A program made the translations under genes and the position numbers. A stretch of DNA of 64,000 nucleotides from an uncultured Clostridia bacterium (GTDB lineage: Bacteria > Bacillota > Clostridia > Christensenellales > UBA1242). The stretch covers positions 1,565 through 65,564 of the forward strand of contig CALVNP010000055.1 of NCBI GenBank assembly GCA_944349805.1, read 5' to 3'. The first letter of the stretch is position 1; every line of letters begins with the position of its first letter. Shown here piece by piece: positions 9,775 to 18,489 of this stretch. The notes under the pieces are model-generated. The model had not been told where the DNA came from and ran no database searches. It saw only the letters and a program-made list of their open reading frames with translations.

Positions 9775-12231
9775 ATGAGTAATTTGAATTCTTTTTCAGA
9801 TAGTGCTGAAAAAGTTATAAAAAATGCTGGCAAAATAGCAAAAGAATTAGGTAGTAATGAAGTTGGAACAGAACATATTTTGTATGGAATTACAAGCGTA
9901 AAAGAGTGTGCTTCATCAAAACTTTTAGCTGAATATGGTATCACAGAAGAAAGTATGGAAAATGTACTTGAAGAAAATGCTGATAGCATTCAAATTTTTG
10001 GGACGGAAATTGAATTTACTCCAAGAGTTAAGGATTTGTTTAGATTGGCTCAAAATATAGCTATGCAACTTGGACACAATTTTATTGGTACTGAACATCT
10101 ATTGTATGCTCTTTTGTCTAGTAGTGGAAGCTTTGCATATAGGCTTATGTTTGCATATTTTAGAGTAAATATAAATGAATTAAAAACAAAAGTATTAACA
10201 TATTTACAAGGTCAAAATAATTCTAATTCCAATTCAAATGATATAGATGCTGGGAGCACAGGAATGAAAAGCACTCTTCCAGAAAAATTGTTATCAATGG
10301 GTACGGATATCACATTAAAAGCTAGGGAAGGCAAAATTGACCCAATTATAGGTCGTGAACAGGAGATTGAAAGAGTTATTGAAATTCTTTGTAGAAAAAC
10401 AAAAAATAATCCTGTTTTAATTGGTGAGGCTGGTGTTGGTAAAACAGCAGTAGTTGAAGGCTTGGCTCAGGCAATTGTAGAAGGAAATGTACCAGAATTA
10501 TTGAAAGATAAAATTATATATTCACTTGAAATTGGTGGGCTTATGGCAGGAACAAAATATCGCGGTAGTATGGAAGAAAGGCTTAAAGATGTTATAGAAA
10601 CAATAATAGCAAGTAAAAATATCATTGTGTTTATAGATGAAATTCACACTCTTGCACAAGCTGGTTCTGAAAAAGGTGAAACAAGTCCTGCTGATATGCT
10701 AAAACCTTATCTTGCCCGTGGAGAATTGCAAACGATTGGTGCAACTACAACAGATGAATATAAAAAATTTGTGGAAAAAGATAAGGCATTGGAAAGAAGA
10801 TTTCAACCTATAATGGTAAATCCACCAACCGTTGAACAGACAATTGAAATATTGAAAGGCTTAAAAGATGCTTATGAAGCATTCCATAAAATAACCATAA
10901 CCCCAGAAGCAATTGAGGCAGCTGCAACACTTTCAGACAGGTATATAATGGATAGAAGCTTGCCAGATAAAGCAATAGATTTAATTGACGAAGCAAGTAG
11001 TAAAGCAAAAGTTAACTTTAATTTAAAACCAAGTGCAATTAGGGAAAAAGAAGAAAAAATAAAACAACTTTCTGCAAACAGAGATGATGCTTCAATACAA
11101 AGAAATTATGAGAAGGCTGCGAAATTACAATCTGAAATAATTAAGCTTGAAAACGAACTTGAAACATTGAATGCTGATTATAACAAGACAGTAAAGAGAG
11201 CATCGAGCTCAATAGGTGCAAATGAAATTGCAGAAGTTGTATCAAAATGGACAGGTATTCCTGTTACAAAAATAACTGAGTCAGAAAAAGATAGGCTTAT
11301 TCATTTGGAAGAAATATTGCATAAGCGAGTTGTAGGACAGGAAGAGGCTGTAAATGCAGTTGCAAGGGCAATCAGGCGTTCAAGAGTTGGTCTCCAAGAT
11401 AATAAAAGACCAATTGGCTCATTCTTGTTTATGGGGCAAACAGGTGTTGGTAAAACAGAGCTTTCAAAAGCAATAGCTGAAGCAATGTTTGATAACGAAA
11501 ATAACATCATCAGACTTGATATGAGTGAGTATATGGAAAGTCATTCAGTGGCTAAGTTGATTGGTGCTCCTCCTGGATATGTTGGATACGATGAAGGTGG
11601 TCAATTGACAGAACAAGTCAGACGCAGACCTTATAGTGTTGTGTTGTTTGATGAGATAGAGAAAGCTCATCCTGATATTTTTAATGCGCTATTGCAAATT
11701 TTAGATGATGGAAGATTGACCGATGGACAAGGTAGACTTGTAAGTTTTAGAAATACAATAATAATTATGACAAGTAATCTTGGTTCAGCAGAAGTCAGAG
11801 CTAAACATTTGGGATTTAATGAAAATGAAGAGCAAAGAGATATGACTGAGGTCAAGAAAATATATTTAGAGGCATTGAAGCATAAGTTTAAACCAGAATT
11901 TATTAACAGAATTGATGTTATTTGCGTTTTCCATCCATTATCTAAGGAAGATTTAACAAAAATTGCCAAAATGCTTATAAGCAACATAAATGAAAGATTG
12001 AAGAAACAAAATTTAGAGTTAAAAATAACAGAAGATGCTTTAAATTTAGTTGTTAATAATGGGTGTGCAAATGCTGAATATGGCGCTAGACCACTTAAAA
12101 GATATATTCAACAAGAAATAGAAGATAGAATTGCAGAAAAAATGCTTTTAGGTGAGCTTGAAAAAGAAGGAACAATTATTATTGATTGCGAAGGTAATGA
12201 ATTAACATTTGAAAGTGAAAATAATGCATAA
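9775..12231 (+). CDS. clpC: AAA+ chaperone ClpC (Clp protease ATP-binding subunit)
   Basis: Double Clp_N repeat. Two Walker A motifs ([16 protein letters not shown]). The middle domain is short, as in ClpC rather than ClpB. ATG 9775 sits behind RBS AGAGGTG. Confidence 0.9.
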   Translation: MSNLNSFSDSAEKVIKNAGKIAKELGSNEVGTEHILYGITSVKECASSKLLAEYGITEESMENVLEENADSIQIFGTEIEFTPRVKDLFRLAQNIAMQLGHNFIGTEHLLYALLSSSGSFAYRLMFAYFRVNINELKTKVLTYLQGQNNSNSNSNDIDAGSTGMKSTLPEKLLSMGTDITLKAREGKIDPIIGREQEIERVIEILCRKTKNNPVLIGEAGVGKTAVVEGLAQAIVEGNVPELLKDKIIYSLEIGGLMAGTKYRGSMEERLKDVIETIIASKNIIVFIDEIHTLAQAGSEKGETSPADMLKPYLARGELQTIGATTTDEYKKFVEKDKALERRFQPIMVNPPTVEQTIEILKGLKDAYEAFHKITITPEAIEAAATLSDRYIMDRSLPDKAIDLIDEASSKAKVNFNLKPSAIREKEEKIKQLSANRDDASIQRNYEKAAKLQSEIIKLENELETLNADYNKTVKRASSSIGANEIAEVVSKWTGIPVTKITESEKDRLIHLEEILHKRVVGQEEAVNAVARAIRRSRVGLQDNKRPIGSFLFMGQTGVGKTELSKAIAEAMFDNENNIIRLDMSEYMESHSVAKLIGAPPGYVGYDEGGQLTEQVRRRPYSVVLFDEIEKAHPDIFNALLQILDDGRLTDGQGRLVSFRNTIIIMTSNLGSAEVRAKHLGFNENEEQRDMTEVKKIYLEALKHKFKPEFINRIDVICVFHPLSKEDLTKIAKMLISNINERLKKQNLELKITEDALNLVVNNGCANAEYGARPLKRYIQQEIEDRIAEKMLLGELEKEGTIIIDCEGNELTFESENNA

Positions 12232-12279
12232 ATGTTTGTTTTTATAGTTTAAATTTGGTATAATACTAACGGAGGATGT

Positions 12280-12810
12280 ATGAAAATTGAATTTATAGAA
12301 AGAAATTATGATATTGGAAATAGATTAAAGGAACTTTTAACAAAAAAGATAAATAAACTTGATAGATATTTTGGTGATGATGCAACTGCAAGAGTCGTAT
12401 GTAAATTGGAAAACAAAACTTATAAATTAGAGCTTACGATAACAAATAAAGGATTATTGTACCGTTCAGAAGTTACAGGGGAAAATATGTATGAAAATAT
12501 TGACCTTGCACTTCCTAAAATTGAAAGACAGATTATTAAACAATCAGAAAAAAGGAAAGATAAATTTAAGGCAGGAGCATTTGATGTTCCAGAATTCTTG
12601 TTCTTAGAAGAAAAACCAGAAGAGAAAAAGAGTGAAATTTATAAGAAAAAGACATTTGATCTTATTCCAATAACAATTGAAGATGCAAAAGAGTTTATGG
12701 AAGCATTAGACCATAAGTTCTATGTATTCTTGAATGCTGAAACAGGACTTGTAAATGTTTTGTACACAAGGGGAGATGGACAATTAGGTCTTATTGAATG
12801 TAACTATTAA
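12280..12810 (+). CDS. hpf: Ribosome hibernation-promoting factor (long HPF)
   Basis: 176 aa with an N-terminal S30AE/YfiA-like domain, a charged linker and a C-terminal dimerisation domain (FYVFLNAETGLVNVLYTRGDG.LGLIE). Confidence 0.9.
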   Translation: MKIEFIERNYDIGNRLKELLTKKINKLDRYFGDDATARVVCKLENKTYKLELTITNKGLLYRSEVTGENMYENIDLALPKIERQIIKQSEKRKDKFKAGAFDVPEFLFLEEKPEEKKSEIYKKKTFDLIPITIEDAKEFMEALDHKFYVFLNAETGLVNVLYTRGDGQLGLIECNY

Positions 12811-12816
12811 TATAAT

Positions 12817-12841
12817 TCACCAGCTAAGCTGGTGGATTTTT
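12817..12841 (+). terminator. Rho-independent terminator after hpf
   Basis: Stem CACCAGC/GCTGGTG followed by a T-run. Confidence 0.75.
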
Positions 12842-12896
12842 AGTAATTAACCAACCACATCTTTTCTGCATAGTATATAGAGAAGAGGTGGAAAAG

Positions 12897-12992
12897 GTGA
12901 GAATAATTTGTGTTAAGGCGCCAAAAATTCTTTCTGGTTTGTTAAAATTAATTTTTAGGAAGAAAATAATAAAGCCTGATGTATTGGATTGA
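12897..12992 (+). CDS. spoVM: Stage V sporulation protein M (small amphipathic peptide); absent from the supplied ORF track
   Basis: A 31-codon GTG ORF, VRIICVKAPKILSGLLKLIFRKKIIKPDVLD, lies behind RBS GAGGTGG. It matches the SpoVM pattern M(K/R).(I/V)..K.PK.L.G..R..F. Its position next to rpmB matches the spoVM-rpmB neighbourhood in Bacillus subtilis. Confidence 0.7.
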   Translation: MRIICVKAPKILSGLLKLIFRKKIIKPDVLD

Positions 12993-13000
12993 TACATAAT

Positions 13001-13032
13001 AAAAAAAGACGACTTTAAGTCGTCTTATTTTT
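13001..13032. terminator. Bidirectional terminator between spoVM and rpmB
   Basis: Stem AAGACGAC/GTCGTCTT, flanked by an A-run on one side and a T-run on the other. Confidence 0.8.
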
Positions 13033-13214
13033 TAATTCTTTTTGCTTGTTTTAATACATTTTGTGCAAGCTCTAACTTTCTTTTGCTCGCCATCTATTTC
13101 CATAACAACATCTTGAAGATTAGCGTCCCAATGTTTGTTTGCTTTACGATTTGAGTGGCTAACTGTGTTGCCTTTCATTTTACCTTTTCCACAAACTTCA
13201 CAAACTTTACTCAT
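13032..13214 (-). CDS. rpmB: 50S ribosomal protein L28
   Basis: MSKVCEVCGKGKMKGNTVSHSNRKANKHW..NLQ is the typical L28 sequence. RBS AGGAGG. Confidence 0.95.
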   Translation of the reverse strand: MSKVCEVCGKGKMKGNTVSHSNRKANKHWDANLQDVVMEIDGEQKKVRACTKCIKTSKKN

Positions 13215-13440
13215 ATTTCCTCCTAAACTAGATTATTACTACTAATGCTTGCCTATTCTAGCATTAAAAAGATTTTTTTGCAAGCATTTTGTTTAAAAAA
13301 TTTCAAAAAGATATATAATTTTAGTTGAAAATTAATTATTAGTGTAGTATATTATATTTGTATGCTAGCTATTGGCAGATTTTAAGTTCAAAATTTCAAT
13401 TTTTTGTTTATATATAATTTAAAAAAAGGAATTCACACTG

Positions 13441-13791
13441 TTGACAGTTGAAACTAATAACTATTATGGTAAAATAAGTATATCCGGCGAAGCAATTGCT
13501 GTCGTTGCGGGCTATGCTGCACTAGATTGTTATGGTGTGGTTGATCTTGTATCTAAAAATTTAAGAGATAACATTAAGGAATTAATTAAAAGAAAAAAAT
13601 ACTCTAAAGGTGTTAAAATTACAACTGTAGAAAATAGAATATTTATTGATATATACTGTATTTTAAAATACGGTGTTTCTATTAGTGCCGTTGCTGAAAG
13701 CCTTAAAAAATCTGTCAAATATAGCGTAGAGAATTTTACCGGAATGATTGTGGACACTGTAAATGTACACGTCGTTGGTGTAAGGGTGTAG
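13441..13791 (+). CDS. Asp23/Gls24-family envelope stress protein (YloU homologue)
   Basis: 116 aa with I...AIA.VAG.AAL.CYGVV, typical of Asp23. It lies directly upstream of the DAK2 gene, as yloU-yloV does. The start is TTG. Confidence 0.85.
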   Translation: MTVETNNYYGKISISGEAIAVVAGYAALDCYGVVDLVSKNLRDNIKELIKRKKYSKGVKITTVENRIFIDIYCILKYGVSISAVAESLKKSVKYSVENFTGMIVDTVNVHVVGVRV

Positions 13792-15429
13792 GTGCATATG
13801 CAGAAGGTTATAAATGGCGCAGAATTAAGAAAAATGATAATAGGTGGAGCTAGCTTGCTTGAACAAAATAAAAAGCTTGTAGACTCTTTAAATGTTTTCC
13901 CTGTACCAGATGGTGACACAGGGACAAATATGTTTTTAACTATGAAATCAGCTGTTAACGAAGTTAACAACTGTTTGAATAACAATTTGGACAGTCTTTG
14001 TGAAGCATTTGCAAAGGGTGCTCTTCGTGGTGCAAGAGGTAATTCTGGGGTTATTACATCTCAGATTATTAAAGGCTTTTGTAGTGTGTTAAAAACAGCA
14101 ACAGAAGTAAATACAAAGGTTTTTGCAAAGGCAATTCAAGAAGGTGCAAACATTGCTTATAAGGCAGTTACAAAACCAAAAGAAGGCACAATTTTAACTG
14201 TTATAAGGGTTATGGCAGAGAGTGCTGTTGATGCTGCTAAAAGGAATTCAACATTTGAAAATTTCTTTAAAATTGTACTTGATAAGGGTGAAGAAATTTT
14301 ACAACAAACTCCTGAAATGTTGCCTGTGCTTAAAAAAGCTGGTGTTGTTGATGCTGGTGGAAGGGGACTTATAGTCATCTTTACAGGTTTTTATAAAGTT
14401 CTTTTGGGTGAAGAACTTGATTTTGTGTTTGAAGATGCTCCAATTCAGGCAACTGTGGAAGATGTTGTTCCGGACTTAAATAACATCCCTGAAATTGAAT
14501 TTGGTTATTGTACAGAATTTATGATAATCAATATGCATAAAAAGACTACGGAAGCAGATATTGATAAGCTTCGTGAAAAACTTATGCAGATAGGGGACTC
14601 TGTGCTTTGTATAGGGGATTTATTGCTTGTAAAGGTGCACGTTCATACAAATCAACCAAATGTTGCTCTTGGATATGCTCTTGAACTTGGTGAACTCTTC
14701 AATTTAAAAATTGAAAATATGAGGGAGCAAAATAGAGAACTTAAAAGAAAAGCACAGCAACAACAGGACCTTAAAGAACACGGAATGGTTGCCGTTGCTC
14801 CTGGAAAAGGCATTGCTGACTTGTTTAAGGATTTATATGTTGACCAGATCATAGAAGGTGGGCAAACAATGAACCCAAGTGCTGCCGATATAGCTAGCGC
14901 AGCAGACAAAATTCCAGCGAAGAATGTGTTTGTGTTCCCAAACAACAAGAATATAATTTTGGCAGCAGAACAAGCTAAGGGCTTGACAACAAAAAACCTG
15001 AGAGTTATTCCATCTAAGAGTGTTCCGGAAGGTATTTCATCAGCACTTGCTTTTAATCCAGAAGGTACTGTGGAAGAAAACGAAGAGGCAATGATTGCTT
15101 CACTTCAAAATGTAAAGTCTGGTTCTGTGACTTATGCAGTTAGAAGTACTCACGTTGATGGCTTTGACTTGTCTGTTGGGGAAATTATAGGTCTTGATGA
15201 TAAAGCTATTTTGTCAAAAGGAACACTTGTTGGTCCAACAACGGAAGCTTTGATAGAAAAATTAATAACAGATAGTGCAGTAAACATAACACTTTTTTAT
15301 GGTGAAGATATCAAGGAAGAAGAGGCATTAAACTTACAACAAAAACTTGCTGAGAAATATCCAGAATGTGAAGTTACAGCAATATATGGGGGACAACCTG
15401 TTTATTATTATATAATTTCAATAGAGTAA
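13792..15429 (+). CDS. DAK2-domain fusion protein (YloV homologue)
   Basis: N-terminal Dak2 signature LN.FPVPDGDTGTNM and a C-terminal DegV-like/uncharacterised domain. 545 aa, typical for YloV. Confidence 0.9.
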   Translation: MHMQKVINGAELRKMIIGGASLLEQNKKLVDSLNVFPVPDGDTGTNMFLTMKSAVNEVNNCLNNNLDSLCEAFAKGALRGARGNSGVITSQIIKGFCSVLKTATEVNTKVFAKAIQEGANIAYKAVTKPKEGTILTVIRVMAESAVDAAKRNSTFENFFKIVLDKGEEILQQTPEMLPVLKKAGVVDAGGRGLIVIFTGFYKVLLGEELDFVFEDAPIQATVEDVVPDLNNIPEIEFGYCTEFMIINMHKKTTEADIDKLREKLMQIGDSVLCIGDLLLVKVHVHTNQPNVALGYALELGELFNLKIENMREQNRELKRKAQQQQDLKEHGMVAVAPGKGIADLFKDLYVDQIIEGGQTMNPSAADIASAADKIPAKNVFVFPNNKNIILAAEQAKGLTTKNLRVIPSKSVPEGISSALAFNPEGTVEENEEAMIASLQNVKSGSVTYAVRSTHVDGFDLSVGEIIGLDDKAILSKGTLVGPTTEALIEKLITDSAVNITLFYGEDIKEEEALNLQQKLAEKYPECEVTAIYGGQPVYYYIISIE

Positions 15430-15457
15430 AAAATGCGAGTTCAAACTCGCATTTTTA
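15430..15457 (+). terminator. Rho-independent terminator after yloV
   Basis: Stem AAATGCGAGT/ACTCGCATTT followed by a T-run. Confidence 0.8.
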
Positions 15458-15533
15458 TTTTGAAATCGACTAAATGATAGAAAAGAATTGCAAAAAGATA
15501 GTAAATATGATAAACTAGTCAAGTTTAAGGTAT

Positions 15534-15572
15534 GTCCTCTTAGTTAAACGGATATAACAAGCCCCTCCTAAG
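15534..15572 (+). other. attL: 5' half of the host tRNA-Arg(CCT) gene, ending in the 8-bp core CTCCTAAG (15565-15572)
   Basis: GTCCTCT-TA-GTTAAACGGATATAAC-A-AGCCC-CTCCTAAG gives the acceptor 5' strand, D arm, 5' anticodon stem and anticodon loop. tRNA-like sequence stops abruptly after the core. Confidence 0.85.
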
Positions 15573-15655
15573 TATCGCATTGAACACAATAAAAATCGCT
15601 AAATCGCCCGAATTACGCATACTTTCAAACCAAACAAACAACCACAAAACACAAT

Positions 15656-15677
15656 TTGTACCCAAATTGTACCCAAA
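15656..15677 (+). repeat. Tandem 11-bp repeat TTGTACCCAAA x2 (candidate arm-type integrase sites, left end)
   Basis: A perfect tandem duplication lies about 85 bp inside attL. The same motif recurs near attR. Confidence 0.6.
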
Positions 15678-15717
15678 ACAAAAATTAACCCCAATAACAC
15701 AACAAAATCACTCATAT

Positions 15718-15794
15718 GTGGGTATAGCTCAGCTGGATAGAGCGTCCGCCTCCTAAGCGGAAGGTCTGCAGTTCAAATCTGCATACTCACACCA
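15718..15794 (+). tRNA. Element-borne tRNA-Arg (anticodon CCT), complete
   Basis: GTGGGTA-TA-GCTC-AGCTGGATA-GAGC-G-TCCGC-CTCCTAA-GCGGA-AGGTC-TGCAG-TTCAAAT-CTGCA-TACTCAC-A-CCA. 77 nt with a canonical cloverleaf and one G-U pair in the acceptor stem. Confidence 0.92.
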
Positions 15795-15798
15795 ATTT

Positions 15799-15822
15799 AA
15801 CATCCCCAATGGGGTGTTTTTT
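15799..15822 (+). terminator. Terminator after the element tRNA
   Basis: Stem ACATCCCC/GGGGTGT followed by T6. Confidence 0.7.
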
Positions 15823-15871
15823 ATAAAATATGATTTTAATCAAAATTGATTTATTTTTTTTATAAAAATGG

Positions 15872-15900
15872 TTGACAAATGAAAAATATTAATTTATAAT
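15872..15900 (+). promoter_or_regulatory. Consensus SigA promoter upstream of the XRE/ImmA pair
   Basis: TTGACA, exactly 17 nt, then TATAAT. It lies 26 nt upstream of the XRE start codon region. Confidence 0.7.
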
Positions 15901-15925
15901 GTAGGCATGATAAAGGAGAAAAATT

Positions 15926-16288
15926 ATGAAATATACACCTTTTGGAGAATTTTATAAAATACTTCGTATAAAAAATCATGAGAACTTAAATGACGCTAGT
16001 AATCTTTTAGATGTGTCACCAGCTTTTATTTCATCTGTAGAGTGTGGTAAAAGACCTGTTCCTGATGATTGGTATAATATTTTATGTAAACACTATTCTT
16101 TATCACAAACAGAACAGTCACAATTAAAAGACGCCATAGACGCATCTCAAACTATTGTCAAGTTGGGGTTACTTAATGCATCTCTTCAGCAAAGAAAAGT
16201 TGCTGTAGCATTTCAGCGATCATTTGATAATTTAAATGAAGAGGTAGCAAATGAATTATTAAAAATCCTTAATAAGGTTAAAAAGTAG
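15926..16288 (+). CDS. XRE-family helix-turn-helix regulator (ImmR/CapH-like)
   Basis: 120 aa. The HTH is LNDASNLLDVSPAFISSVECGKRPVP. RBS AAGGAG. Its stop overlaps the start of the downstream metallopeptidase gene (TAGTG). Confidence 0.8.
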   Translation: MKYTPFGEFYKILRIKNHENLNDASNLLDVSPAFISSVECGKRPVPDDWYNILCKHYSLSQTEQSQLKDAIDASQTIVKLGLLNASLQQRKVAVAFQRSFDNLNEEVANELLKILNKVKK

Positions 16289-16812
16289 TGGATTATAAAA
16301 CATATCCAATTAAACGACAATCATTGAGAGAAATTGCGTCTATATTAAGAAAAATATTTGGCTGTAAAAATAAGTATAAATTTAATGTTGTGGATTCTTT
16401 TGAAAGAATACATTCTTTATTCTCCAATATTTATACGGAAGTAGTTGAAGATGAAGAATTAGAAAGAAATATTCCAGCAAGATGTATTCCAGATTTTGCA
16501 AATAATGAATATTTGATACAAGTTAAAAATTCAGTTTATGAGGGTGCTTGCGATGAAATTGGAGGATATCGAGCTCACATTCTACACGAAATATGTCATG
16601 CCATACTTTGTATTTTAGGTTTCGTTCCAATTATGGATAGACAGTACAAAAATAATGAAATTAAATGTTATGAAAGCATGGAATGGCAGGCAAAAGCTTT
16701 GTGTGGAGAAATTCTAATGCCATATAATGAAACTCAAAATTTAAGTACTGAAGAAATTATGAGATTTTGTAAAGTTTCTAGAGATAGTGCAGAAAAAAGA
16801 AAAACTTATTAG
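16288..16812 (+). CDS. ImmA/IrrE-family zinc metallopeptidase (ImmA/CapP-like)
   Basis: 174 aa with HEXXH motif HEICH within AHILHEICHAIL. It is translationally coupled to the upstream XRE gene, the classic repressor/anti-repressor protease arrangement. Confidence 0.75.
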   Translation: MDYKTYPIKRQSLREIASILRKIFGCKNKYKFNVVDSFERIHSLFSNIYTEVVEDEELERNIPARCIPDFANNEYLIQVKNSVYEGACDEIGGYRAHILHEICHAILCILGFVPIMDRQYKNNEIKCYESMEWQAKALCGEILMPYNETQNLSTEEIMRFCKVSRDSAEKRKTY

Positions 16813-16944
16813 TTGATTTCAGGTATTACCTGTTTTCATAAAAAAAAGAACAAGTTCGCACCTTGTTCTAAAACGGATAAGGCTCCGTAATGCCGTTTGA
16901 AATATGTTCTAATTTCGTAACAATAATATTATAACATATTTTGT

Positions 16945-16976
16945 ATCGGTATGCAAGTCCTTGCGCCGATTTTTTT
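16945..16976 (+). terminator. Rho-independent terminator after the XRE/ImmA operon
   Basis: Hairpin ATCGG..GCAAG-TC-CTTGC..CCGAT followed by T6. Confidence 0.65.
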
Positions 16977-17018
16977 AAATTTACTAAAAAAATCGAGACT
17001 ACTTCAAGGAGGTGTTAA

Positions 17019-17237
17019 ATGGGAACACTGTACACACTTATTACCGGTATGAGTATAGTAGGTATCAAGGCATTAGATATATTCCTATCTTTTATATTTG
17101 ATTGCTTGTCATTTACTATTGCTTGGAAGATTGGTGGACTAGGTACGACTTCAAAAATGCGTGGCTTTTTACACTGGTCTAGTAGAATTGGTATATATAT
17201 TTTATTAGTAATCACAACAAAAAATATAATTTTATAG
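17019..17237 (+). CDS. Small 2-3 TM membrane protein, first gene of the CBASS-like operon
   Basis: 72 aa behind the very strong RBS AAGGAGGTG with 5-nt spacing. It is hydrophobic. There is only a faint resemblance to the N-terminal part of phage_holin_4-type holins. Confidence 0.5.
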   Translation: MGTLYTLITGMSIVGIKALDIFLSFIFDCLSFTIAWKIGGLGTTSKMRGFLHWSSRIGIYILLVITTKNIIL

Positions 17238-17243
17238 GAGACA

Positions 17244-18485
17244 ATGTTTATGGATAAATTTAAAAAAGAAGAACTAATGAATAAAATTGCGCATGCACTG
17301 GATATCACTCCTCAAATTTATAACGAATCGATAAGTGCTGTTCGTGGATTAAGTGCTTATATAAAAAATCAAATTAAAAATGTTGAGATTTATAAACAGG
17401 GTTCGTTTAAATTGGGCACAATAGTTAGACCATATTACAAAGATAAAGACGGCGAATTTGATATTGACTTAGTAGTACAATTTCAAGCGAGCAAAAATAA
17501 TATAAAACCTTCAACAATAAAACAAGCATTAAGATCATGTTTATCTTCTCAAAATTACAGGAACTTATTAGAAGAAGAAAAAAGAAGATGCTGGACTTTA
17601 CACTATCCTTCTAATACGTGTTCATTCCATGTTGATTTATTGCCATGTGTTGATGAATCATCAGAAGTTAAAAGCTCTATTGCTCCTGTACAATATAGAA
17701 ATACCTCTATTGCAATAACTGAAATTGAAGATAAAAAAAACAAACCTTATAATTATAAATGGATGACCAGTAATCCTAAAGGCTATGCTGAGTGGTTTGA
17801 TGATATCAATCAACGTGTTTATGGAGAAATAAAAAAACAAGATAGGCTCAGAGTTTTGAACGAGAATATAACAATGTTTGATTCTATTGATTCTGTTTCT
17901 GATGAATATACTAGAACTCCTTTGCAACAAGTAATACAAATATTAAAAAGACATCGTGATGTTATGTATTGCAACGATAGCGACAATGCTCCAATCTCTA
18001 TTATTATAACTACATTGGTTGGTAAGATTGTTGAAGAAAATCCAAAAGTATACAATACCACATATGATTTATTAAATTCTGTTATCGAAGGCCTAAATTT
18101 TTATTCTCAACTAACAATTGGTGGTATAACAACAGATTTTAGTGAGGATTTTAAGACCAAAAAATTAATTACTAAAAATATGCAAAACGGTAAACCTTAT
18201 TGGTGTATAAAAAATCCAGCAAATTCTCAAGAAAATTTAGCAAACAAATGGAATGAAAATCCAGAAAAAGCAACTGAATTTTTTAAATGGGTTCGTCAAG
18301 TAAAAAGTGATTTGATAGATATATTAGACTTTGAGCCAGAACAAATTAAGCAAAAATTAAAGTACTGTTTAGGAGAACGAATTAGTAACCAGGTTTTATA
18401 TGATTTTAATTTCAATAACATAGATAGTTCTAAATCACGCACATTAAATTTTAGTGATAGTACTCCTAAACCATATAGATGGTAG
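17244..18485 (+). CDS. CD-NTase / SMODS-family nucleotidyltransferase (CBASS cyclase candidate)
   Basis: Pol-beta-type NTase motifs QGSFKLGT...(13)...EFDIDLVV, with the third acidic residue in FHVDLLPC. The downstream LKRHRD and SIIITTL helices are typical of cGAS/DncV-like enzymes. RBS AGGAG. The second ATG at 17250 is better spaced from it. Confidence 0.7.
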   Translation: MFMDKFKKEELMNKIAHALDITPQIYNESISAVRGLSAYIKNQIKNVEIYKQGSFKLGTIVRPYYKDKDGEFDIDLVVQFQASKNNIKPSTIKQALRSCLSSQNYRNLLEEEKRRCWTLHYPSNTCSFHVDLLPCVDESSEVKSSIAPVQYRNTSIAITEIEDKKNKPYNYKWMTSNPKGYAEWFDDINQRVYGEIKKQDRLRVLNENITMFDSIDSVSDEYTRTPLQQVIQILKRHRDVMYCNDSDNAPISIIITTLVGKIVEENPKVYNTTYDLLNSVIEGLNFYSQLTIGGITTDFSEDFKTKKLITKNMQNGKPYWCIKNPANSQENLANKWNENPEKATEFFKWVRQVKSDLIDILDFEPEQIKQKLKYCLGERISNQVLYDFNFNNIDSSKSRTLNFSDSTPKPYRW

Positions 18486-18489
18486 CCTT

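Noticed and set aside
13530-13985. 151-aa minus-strand ORF
   Set aside because: It is antisense to the well-supported Asp23 and DAK2 genes. It has no RBS and no recognisable motifs, so it is a shadow ORF.
15534-15572. Treating the left tRNA fragment as a random tRNA-like pseudogene or as a duplicated attachment remnant
   Set aside because: Its exact complement lies at 27907-27950: the matching acceptor strand, the complementary anticodon stem and the shared 8-bp loop. The two fragments are halves of one gene rather than a partial duplication of an intact copy.
17019-17237. Calling the 72-aa membrane protein a phage holin
   Set aside because: It has only a faint resemblance to the D..TG…S…G..KK region of holin_4-type proteins and is half their length. 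The evidence is insufficient, so it is kept as a hypothetical membrane protein.
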